Shown in pieces: positions 9,943 to 20,049 of a stretch of 32,414 nt of DNA. Under the pieces are notes generated by a model, which saw nothing but the letters and a program-made list of their open reading frames with translations, was not told the DNA's origin and did not search any database. Source of the stretch: Fonticula alba ATCC 38817 (Eukaryota; Protista; Nucleariida); NCBI GenBank assembly GCA_000388065.2, contig KB932231.1. One strand, written 5' to 3'. The position numbers and the translations under genes were made by a program. Within the stretch, counting starts at the first letter, position 1, and every line of letters begins with the position of its first letter.

Positions 9943-10697
9943 CATGTCAAATGCTGAGGGATATTTATTGGCTCGTCGAAAAAAGACAAGGCAACAGAGA
10001 CATCGGTCGGATGTGAACACCGTTGGTGGGGTTACTGCTGCTGCTGCTGCTGCAAATAGATGGGTTGTTTCTCATGCCGATGCATTGCGATGCATGGATG
10101 GGGTGTGCGATACTATACAGGATGTGTGTGTGGTCGGGCGTAGGATGTATGGGGGGGGGGACACAGGACAAAGAAGCGGATGAATGAGCAAAGGGCCGGT
10201 TTTTCTTCCCTTCGTGGCCCTCTTCACCCTCGGCCACACAAGCTCCATATTGCGTGCATTCACCACATGGCTGACACGACCCACGCCCACCACTCTCACT
10301 CGCGCCCTCTTGCCTGGCAGCGCACAGGTACAGATGTAATGGATGTACATGCGCGCGCATGCGCACGGCCGCGCTGGGGGATGAATTGAGAAACTGGGGA
10401 CAGGTTCAACCACCATCGCAAGGGAGCTGGCATACGGGGGGGGGGGGGGGAGGGAGAAGGGCGGAGAGAGGGAGAGACACACACACACACGGGTTGGGAA
10501 CGGCGCTCGGGCAGGCTGGCTGGCCAGCCCCTACTGCGCATGCAAAGGATGGGGGGAAGGACACTCCTGAGAGGTGTTTGCACCTGGAGAGAGTGCCAGA
10601 TGCCAACCTCAGCCGTCTGGGCCTGCACCGCCTTTGGAGGAGGCACACTGCAGGACAGATGGCCGGGCCGCGACCTCGCGAGCACGCGTGTATACAC

Positions 10698-13125
10698 TCA
10701 CATGAAGCCGCCAAAGCCGCCACCACCAAGGCTGCCGCCGGGGCCAAAGCGCCCGCCCGGACCCGGGGGAGGGTGCTGACGGAAGGCACCGGGACGGGCA
10801 CCAGCAGCACCGGGGAACTGCACCCCGGGCGGAGTAAAGTGATCGGGATCAGGCTCGCCGGTGATGCTGAAGCCGGCCCCCATGCCGGGCTGCCCGGCGC
10901 CATAGTACACCTGATCCGGGTGGCCATTGCGCGAGGCATTGGCCCCCCCGGCACCGGTGGACCCTGGCCAGTTGGGCACCGGCTCCGGAGCCCCAGGCGG
11001 GGCGTAGGGGTCGAAGCGGGCGGCCGGCGGAACCCCGGGCGGCCGGGCGGGGAAGCCGTCGGCGCCCGGGCGGTATCCGCGGAAGGTGTCTGGTCCGGCA
11101 AACATGCCGGCAGGACTGCACGAATTGCCGAACCCAAGGGACAGGAGCAGGAATGGGTGTGAGTGGGAAGGGGCGCGCGAAGTGCACGCACAGGCGCATG
11201 TGCGTATGTGTGTATGCATGTGGGTACAAAAGCACGGAAGTGAGGCGGCAGGGTCTCTCGGGAGGCCGCGAGGGAAAAAAAGACAGCCGACAGGCACGCA
11301 CTTGTGAGAGAAGGGGTCAAGGTCGCGGTCGCCGATGCGCGGGAGTTGGGACGCAGGCGCCGGCCGAGTGGGCATACCCGTGTGGGCTGGGTCCAGGGGG
11401 CTGGCCGCGGGGCACGCCAGTTCCCGAAGGGAGGGGGGAGACCAAGGAGCAGGGTCATCCAGAAGCAATGGACCGCGCAACAACAGAGGGACAAAGGTCA
11501 GCCGACGAGGAGGAGGAGGAGGAGGAGCTGGGAGGGGGGGGGGAAGGCGGAAGTGGAGGAGGGGCGCGACCGACACAGGGTGGAGCACGCGACAGGACGG
11601 GTGGCACCAAGGAGGGGCGTAAAGATGGGGAGGGGAGGAGGGCAGTAGCGGTGGTGGTGGTGGTGGTGGTGGTGGTGGCGGCGGCGGAGGAGGAGGAGGA
11701 GGAGGAGGTGGAGGAGGAGGCGGAGGGGGACCGCATGGCGGCGGCCTTGGCGGCCACCTCCGACGNNNNNNNNNNNNNNNNNNNNNNNNNNNNNNNNNNN
11801 NNNNNNNNNNNNNNNNNNNNNNNNNNNNNNNNNNNNNNNNNNNNNNNNNNNNNNNNNNNNNNNNNNNNNNNNNNNNNNNNNNNNNNNNNNNGGGTGGCGG
11901 CCGCTTGCGACTTTGCTCCGCCGGGGGCGGAGGTGGAGGAGGAGGAGGAGGTGGAGGAACACGCGCGCGGTGAGCGGGGCAACAGGGAGAGGGGGGGGGG
12001 AGAAGAGGAAGCATCGGCAAAGAAAGGAACAGGTGCGTACTCCACGCGCAGAGGGTTCAGGGGGGCGGAGGGGGCGCTGGGGCCGGCGGCCGCCCGGGTG
12101 GGGGGCTGCAGGTCGCGCGGCTCCGGGTGCTGGCCGGCGGCAGTGGAGGCAGCAGGCTGGTCGGCCGGCTGGGTTTGCTGCTGCTTCGGGCGATGGTGGT
12201 TCGAGGGAGGGGGGGACATGGTCGGGGGCGACTGGTGGGGGTGTTGACTTGCGGAGGGGGAGGTGTTGGTGCTGTTACATTGCCCAGCGGCCCCGGGGCG
12301 CAGGTCGCCGAAGTGGTCTTGGAAAAAGAGCTCCAGCGCGCGCAGGCGGATACCACCGGAATTGGCAGCTGAGGCGACCTGCCAAAAGTCCGCCTGGGTG
12401 ACCAGCAGGGGAGCCAGGGCGGCCGGCCGGTCGGGGCCGGTGCCGGTCACCTCGATGCGCAGATCTTCCCGGGACTCGGTCAGGGAAATGGTCACCAGCA
12501 GCGGGTCCGTTTGGCCGGCGAAGGTGGCGAACATGGATTGGGCCCGGCCCGCTTCGAGGGCCGTCAGCACCCGGACCATGCGATCGGCCACCAGGCTCCG
12601 GGGGTCGACTTGGTGGCCAGGGCCGCCGCCGGGCCCGGCAGGCGTCGGGGAGGGGGATCGCCGGGCGCCGAGAGACGAGGCCGAGGTGGGGCTCGGCGGC
12701 GGGGACAGATGCCGCAGGGGGGACGTGCACAGGCGCGCGAGGAAGAACACCGACGCCGTGGCCAGATACCGGACGGCCGGATCAAGCCCCAGGCCGACGA
12801 CCGCCGGGGGCGGGGTACGTGCGCGCTTCCGCGACAGCGAGGGCCGCTGGTCACTGGCGTCGGCCGAGCGCCGCCGCCCGGCCCCGGCGTCCCCCCTCGC
12901 ATGCGGCAGGTCGGTCAGCGAGTCGGAGGACGCCGAGTCGGCGGAGGACGTCGGGTGGGAGGGCTCCGGTTGCCGGCGGCCGGTGAGGCCCCCCCCGGGG
13001 GGCTCCGGCGAGGGGGAAACACTGGACCGCGGGCTAGACGCCGGGGCCAGCCCGGCCAGGGTGCAAACCTGCGCGAACTCCAACGCAAGCAGGTCCTCGT
13101 AGGAGAGGTGTCCGCTGGCAGACAT
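10698..13125 (-). CDS. PSMF1: Proteasome inhibitor PI31 (PSMF1/Fub1 family), enlarged by low-complexity inserts
   Basis: C-terminal motifs IGDRDLDPFSH|NPAGMF...PPGVPPAARFDPYAP...GEPDPDHFTPPG match PI31 VGGEDLDPFG...GGM...VPPGARFDPFGP...PDHLPPPG. Intron 11116..11301 is GTGCGT..CAG. The first in-frame ATG is 13125 (MSASGH), followed by an FP-domain-like segment LLVTISL...LRIEV...LLVTQADF...LRALELFF. The middle junction (~11400-12040) is unresolved because it contains an N-gap. Confidence 0.8.
11766..11891. other. Assembly gap (126 N) inside the PI31 gene
   Basis: Run of N flanked by GGA/GGT/GGC triplet repeats. Confidence 0.99.
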
Positions 13126-14233
13126 GGCGGGCAAGGACGACGACGGGCGCGAATAGGGTGGTGGAGGGGTGTGTGGGACGGGGGGGCGGGCGGGCGGGGG
13201 GGGTACAGAGGTGGCGGTGGCGGTGGCGTGTCGCGTGGGAGGCGATGTCCTTGGGCCGGCATGGGGCCACCCCGGGACGCCGGGGGGCGGTAGGCTTTCA
13301 ATGTGTGCCCGGGTCCGGTCAGCCCGAATCCCTGCGACTAGTGAGGCGAGGGTGGAATCGCGGCCCCCGTCCACGGTGGCGGTGGCGCGAGGATGGCTGC
13401 TCCATCGCGCTGGACAATCTCGTGCGTGCGCCGACCCGAGCCCTCGGGCATACACACCCCAGCCAGGGGCCGACCGAGGATGAGGGGGCGAGAGGGCGCG
13501 AGGGGCCGAGGGAGAGCCGAATCCGGGCAAGGGGGCGTTGGGGGGGGAGGGGCCGGGAGGGCGAAGAGACAACCGGAAATCGCCCGCCCGCCGCGAGAGG
13601 CGGAGGAATACCGATCGCGGAGTTCATATGGTCGGCTTCCAGGAAGACGGTCCCTCGCTCGCCCGGGGGCCGGCACCCGGGCAACTCCCCCCGCCCCCGG
13701 GGGCAGAGGCTCTCCTGTGCGCGGCACCACCCTAGGCTGGGGCGCAAGCGATCGGTGCGGGCCGGGCTCCAAAGGCCCGGGCAGGGGGCGGGGGGGGAGC
13801 TGATCTCCTTCTGGCCCTGCTCTTGCCCGGATCCCGCACGGCGGGGCGCAAGGGGCGCCTTCTTCCTGATCCTGGGCAGGCCCCCGGGGCCCGGACGTTC
13901 CGCGCGCCCCCCCCCCGTCTCGCCCTTCGCCGGGACGCAGGGGGCGTTTCATATGCCGCCGGCCGGGCATGGAACCAGGCAGCAGGCAGGCGTGGCCGGG
14001 GCCACCGCCGGAGGCCAATCCGACTAGAGGCTCGTGTCCCCCCGGCCCGGCCCTCGGAGTCCGGAAGCCCGGCGTCACCCCGGAGTGCGATGGCAGACGA
14101 AGGTGGACCAGGGTCCGCGGAGGGAGAACGTGTCGGCACCCATGCGCGAGCATGCGGGCGCTCAGGAGCGCATTCGTCACCAGGAGCGGGTATGGCTGGC
14201 GTTCCGGACAACGACTTGGATGGGAAAAGGGGG

Positions 14234-14266
14234 AAAAAAAAAAAAAAACAATGAAAAATGTTTATT
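14234..14266 (-). terminator. Candidate polyadenylation signal (AATAAA followed by a U-rich element)
   Basis: The minus strand reads AATAAA (14266-14261), then catttttcattg, then T15 (14248-14234). It is an AT-rich island in very GC-rich DNA. Confidence 0.4.
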
Positions 14267-14470
14267 ATCGCCTAGCGGGGGCAGGGGGTCGAGACCGATC
14301 GTGAGGCACCCCGATCGGCCGGCCTCATGACAAGAGTTGGTCTGGGGTGGGGTGGTTCCTGACTGCGTGCCTGCACGGGGCCCCCCTCCGGGCTTGGCCA
14401 TTTCCCCGGCGGCGCGCGCCGTCTTCATGGTGCCGGGAGCGGGAGAGCGTGCATCGATTAATGTGTGCAT

Positions 14471-14522
14471 GTGCGCGCCTGTGCGCGCCTGTGCGCGCCT
14501 GTGTGTGTGTGTGTGTGTGTGC
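14471..14522. repeat. (GTGCGCGCCT)3 followed by (GT)n
   Basis: Three exact 10-bp units at 14471-14500, then a GT microsatellite. Confidence 0.9.
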
Positions 14523-16505
14523 GTGTGCCCGTCCGGCCCCCGCCCGCCGCTGGGCTACATGCCAATGAACCGCGGCGCCCGCAGATATTTTCATCTCGGC
14601 CTATCATGGTGGTGGTTTTCCCCAGCCGGTTCTCCGGCCCTTGGTGGCCCTTCCTTTCGGCTGGCCCTCAGCTCGCGCGAGCCTTACCTCCAGGCGCGAT
14701 CGTTCCCGTCGCCTTGCCCGCCCCCGCCCCCGCCCCAGGGCCCTTGTGCTGTTGGCGGGCTCCTCCTCCCCCCCCCCCCCCCCCGGGGAGGGTGTGCTAT
14801 AACAGGGCGTCCGGGGCGCGGGCACGCCGTCCCAGGCCCCGAGCGAGGGGGTTGGTCCTGGGGCCGAGTGGGGCACGCGCCCTTTGCCCCCCTCTTTTTT
14901 CTCCCCCCTCTCGGCCTGGCCTTCAGCGTGGGCAGCGCGGGCCAGCGAGCGCACCAACGCCCGGTCGGGGTGCCCCGTCGGACGCCGGCCGCTGGAATGC
15001 TCGCTCGTCCTGCCTCGCGGAGCAACGCCGGCGGGGCGCCCACGGCCCGGCGGACCGATGCATGCTTGTCGGCTGGTCTCTTCATCGGCCCTCCGCCTGC
15101 CTCTCCCGGGCCTTGTTTACACAGCGGGCCGCTCTGCTCGGCCCGGCCCAGGCCGGCGCGGCGCCCGGCGAAAATGGCCCAAAGGAGCAGAGAAGTGCTG
15201 GGCGCCCTGTTTGATGTCAGCCCCCCCCCCCCCCCCCCCGGGTGCCCAGGGGCGCGGTGCCCCGGGCCCGGGGGCCCGGACAAGTACCCTTGGATAGTGG
15301 GGACTGGCGCAGGGGCTTTGCCCATATGAAAGTCGGTATCCCCTCCCCCCGGCGTTTGGACCGCGCGGGCCCGGCCGTCATCATGCCCTCACCAGGTGTG
15401 GCTTGGATTGTGGGGTGCGAGGCTGGGGTGCCTGATCCCGGCGCAGGGCCCACAATGATGATCGAGTTGTGGCGGCGCCAAGTGCAGGGGGTTTCCAGGG
15501 CACGGGCATCTCTTCCGGTCGTCTCGAAGTGCGACGGTTGCTGCTGCTGCCGCCGCCGCCGCCGCCGCCGCTGACACTGCCGCTGGTAGTGTGGTGGTGG
15601 TGGCGGCGGCGGCGGCGGCGGCGGGGAGACCGAGCTCGCGCACTGATGTTAACCTTTTGGTGGCCACACGCGGTCGCGCGCTCCGGCCGACGGGGTCCTC
15701 ACACCCCGAGGGGGGCCGAGGTGCCCTCTTGCGGCGGCGCAGAACCGGCGCACCTTCGGAGGGCCGCTGAATCGGGGGAGGGAGGCGCGCCAGGACGAGG
15801 AGCTCCGTCAGGGTTGGGCCTTTGCGCCTCGAGGAATGGCCGGAGCTCTGCACACGGCCGGGCTCTGCCCGCCAGTCTGTCAGTTGCCAGCGCCATCGGG
15901 GCTATCCTTATCAACCCAGACCGCGGCAGTATCGGCTCCCCCCGCCAGAGGAGAAAGCCCGTCGGTCCAGGCCCCGAGATAGGGATGCGCGATCGGGCGA
16001 GCTCGCAAACACGTCCGGCGCCACAATGTCCGGGCATCACTTTTGGCACCAGCCGCGGTCCCCTGCTTCCTGCACCACATGCACATCCCCCCCCCCCCTC
16101 CCCCCCTACCCAAGACAATAATGTGAGTGACCATTCGCCTGCAGGTGCCCCATGTGAAAAGCTGCCCCCCCGCCCGCGCCTCCGTCTCTCTTCAAGCCAC
16201 ACACCCCCTGGGCCGATCGGCATAAAAATGGATATGAGACCCGAGGCATGTTCCCTAGTGTGACACAGAATGGGGTGGCCCCGCCCCTTCGCCGCCTGAA
16301 CCCGACTCCTCCATGTGGCGCGGGTCCTCCTCTCATGGAGACGTGTCGAGTGTCCAGGTCCCGCGAGAGCGCCAAAGCAACGCCGGGTGCATTTCTCCCA
16401 CGCATGCATGAGAGTGTGCATTCTCTATTTGAAGGCCGGGGAGCACACCCTGGCTCCTGCGCGCGCCGGCGCCACAGTGCCGGGCGCAGGCCCCGCCTGC
16501 CCCCA

Positions 16506-19500
16506 TCAAAAAAGTGTCGACGAGCTGATGGCCAGCGCATCTACAGTGGCGCACAGGTGCGGCTCATCATTGTCCGGCCCCCCGTCGGGATGGGCTTGCG
16601 AGCCGGAGCGCAGAGGCTCCCCGATGTCCTGGCGGGGGCTCAGATCATGGTCCTGTGGCACCGTGTCCAGCTCCTGGCTACTGCCAGCGCGAAGGGGCGT
16701 GTGGGGGTGTGTACTTTCGCGGCTGCTCGACCGATCCAGGAAGATGCGAGCTTCGGGGTTCTGCAACTCGGCGTCTTCCATCAGCTGCGAGATGACCAGC
16801 GATGACTCGAGCCCACAGTCTGCCGATGGGTGCCAGCGTGAGAACGTCAAGGTCAGTGGCGGCCAGCCGGGCACAGCTGGGCCGAGGTGCGCCACAGAGC
16901 CCCAGGGGGCTTGGCTACTCTCTACAAGGCTATGGAGCGGGGGGGGGGGNNNNNNNNNNNNNNNNNNNNNNNNNNNNNNNNNNNNNNNNNNNNNNNNNNN
17001 NNNNNNNNNNNNNNNNNNNNNNNNNNNNNNNNNNNNNNNNNNNNNNNNNNNNNNNNNNNNNNNNNNNNNNNNNNNNNNNNNNNNNNNNNNNNNNNNNNNN
17101 NNNNNNNNNNNNNNNNNNNNNNNNNNNNNNNNNNNNNNNNNNNNNNNNNNNNCCCCCCGCCTCGAGCCCACCCATGTCTCCCTCCCCTCCTGGGCACGTA
17201 CTTTTGAGGTAGATCCGTCTCCGAACGCCGTAACTGGCGACAGCCGAGAGAATGTGGCATGTGGGCAGTTCCCCGACAATGGGGCAACCTGGAAAAGCAA
17301 GACAGCCGCGCCCCGGGAGATCGTGGTCGGAGACGCTGGGGAGATCAGTATGGTATAGATGGCGCATTTCCTTTCCCCGTCTTCCCGCTCCAATGGCAAC
17401 ATGCTCCTCGGGCCACAGGCGGCCGGCCCCGTCACCAAGCAGGGCGGCCCGAGCCCCGAAAGGAGAGCATACGCACGGGAGAAGGACACCGAAGAGATGG
17501 AGGTGTTACGGCCCAGGGCCTCGAAGATCCATGCAAGATCGGGCTTCTCCAAGCCGGTACCTTTCGGGGCGCGTGAGCATGCGATCAGTCGGGAGGGGGG
17601 GGGGGGGGCGAGGGGGAGATATACAGGGCCGGTCCGGACGGGTGATTTCCATTGGTCAATACTGCACCCCTGCCGAATGATGAGGGCGCGTCTCGCAGCC
17701 GGCCCTGGGGGCCCCCCGCCCCGCGTTTGCGCACCTGAGAGGTCCAGCTTCCGGAGGCGGTTTCCGGGCTGTTCGCGCTCCAGGATGTCCGAGAAGATCA
17801 GGGCTGCAGCATCGCTGAGTGGATTGTCTGGAGTGGGGCACCCCCTCCAGGGGGGGAAGGCTTGAGCGTGAGTCGGCGGCAAACTTTCGCATGTGGCCAT
17901 GTTCAGGCCGGCGGGGCGGCACGGGCGCGCATGCATGCATGCGACAGGCTCGGGCACGCACCGCTCAGATCCAGCCCGGTGAGCGTGATCCTGCTCCTCA
18001 GGGCGGACAAAATCTCGATGGTGGCTCGCCCCTCGATGCCGCACCCTTGGAGGGGAAACATCCGGCAGGCGGGTGGCGGGTCCCAGTGCCACATATGGCC
18101 CAGGGGGCCATGTTAAAAAAGGCCCTTCACCGAGGATATCGCACCAGCCGGACATTCGATGCCCTGCGTGGGGCTCTCCCCCTCCCTGCCCTATGGCCCC
18201 CCCCCCCGGTTCAGAGCACCTACCTGATGCTTTAAAGACTTCCAGCTCCGGCTGAAAGCGAATGATGTTGGCAATGAAGGCCGAGCCGAGATCGGTGATG
18301 AGGTGGCCTTCGCGCGCGCGCGCGCGCGCCAGACCCGGGAGAAAAATGGGAAACCGGGATGAGTCAGGAGGGAGGAGGGGGGCAGCACGCATGCATGCAT
18401 GCATGCATGTGTGCGTGTAAAGCAGCCGAAAGAGCCGATGGGCCGGCGAGGCCAGGAAGGCCTGCCTCCAGCATATTTCACCGGCGAATTCGTGCCGATC
18501 GGGGCGGCGTACCTGATACGTCCAGGTGCGTGAGCCCGATCGGCCGGACGGAGAGGGCATCGAAGAGTTGCTCCCAGTTGTGCGTGTTCAGTCCGCAGCC
18601 TGGGAAAGACCGGCGGCAGAGGGAGTGGAGCCACGGACAGCGTGTCAATCGCTGGCATCAAGCCCCGGGCCGGCAATCGGTCGACACGTACGAACAAGGG
18701 CCAGCTGCTGGAGAGCCCGATTCTTTTGCAGCATGGCACACACCCGGTCAAATTGCCCCGAGAGAGAGATGCCTGAGGTGTGCGTGGCCCCGCAGGGGGA
18801 ATCCACACGGGCTGGAGGTCAGCATTTCGCCGGCCACACCCGTCCCCCCGCCCGTCCCCTGGCGGCCTTCTGGTGGCTCTCACTCTGGCCGGTCCTGGCC
18901 TTCTTCCTTTCGGAGCGGGGCTCGCTTCCTTTGTCTTCCAGCGATTGCCTCCCCCTGGCCTTACTCGCCCACCGCCCAGCGCACACGCGCACACGGACAC
19001 GCGCATGCGCACTCGCATTCAGGCACACACGTACACACACGGACACGCGCATGCGCACTCGCATTCAGGCACACACGTACACACACGTACACGCGCATGC
19101 GCACTCGCATTCAGGCACACACGTACACACATGCACCGGCATGTCCTCTTGCTCCCCGGCACACGGTTTCTTCTGTCGCGCGCGGACTCGCCTACCCCCT
19201 TCCTCATTGCTGTAGCCACCCCCCCCGGCGCCGAGACGCACCCTTCAGCGAGAGGCTCGTGAGCGTCGAGCCGGGGATCTCGAGCGAGCCGCAGATATTG
19301 TCGATGCTGGTCACCGACAGCGGGCAGTCTGACGCAGCACGTCGTTTGGATGGCGGACACGGTCAGGCAAGGGAACATGCTTCCGGCGGATGGCGTGGCC
19401 CGGGGCCCGGTGGCGCACTCTTCAAAGCCAGCGACTTGATGAAGCCCGGGAACCGGAGCAAGTCCGCCACATTCTCGCTGAATGCCTCTCGATGCGAGTC

Positions 19501-20007
19501 CTGGTCTGGGTGGGTGTGTCAGCATGGGCCGGGGCCGGGGCCGGGGCCGGGGCCGGGGCCGGGGCCGGGGCCGGGGCAGGGGGGGGGGGGGGGGGGCTGC
19601 CTGGGTGCAAACCACGCCCTCGGCGAGTGCGTTGGAAGCATCTGCCCGCACCGATGAGCCCGAGGTGGGAGATCTGCGAGTGATTCAGGATCACCAGCAG
19701 CAGGTTGGCCAAGGTCATCTGGGACATGGATGATGCTACGGCAGGCGTGGCGGAGGGAAGACAGGGGATGGCCGGGTCAGTGTCAGGGGAGCCCATCGGG
19801 CCCGGTGGGGCGCGGAGGAAGGCCTGCCCCATCTGTGTCCCCGAGGGCCGCACCACCAATGACCAGCGTTCGCAAGCCATGCATGTCTGGGATCATCCGC
19901 GCGAGCCAGGAGTAAAACTTGTCGCCGAGAGCTGGACCGGAGGACCGGCAGCCGGGCCGGTCAGGAGGAGAGGGGCAAAAAGGAAGGCCCGATGGTGGCA
20001 TAGGTCA

Positions 20008-20049
<42 letters not shown>

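Noticed and set aside
13126-13572. 150-aa N-terminal extension of PI31 implied by the 705-aa ORF
   Set aside because: That ORF starts at TTG. The first ATG is 13125 and is preceded by the C-rich leader seen before the other genes.
8776-19130. Repeat-spacer look of the 27-bp and 46-bp repeats (CRISPR-like)
   Set aside because: The spacers are C-runs or absent rather than unique sequences, the repeats lie inside spliceosomal introns, and there are no cas genes.
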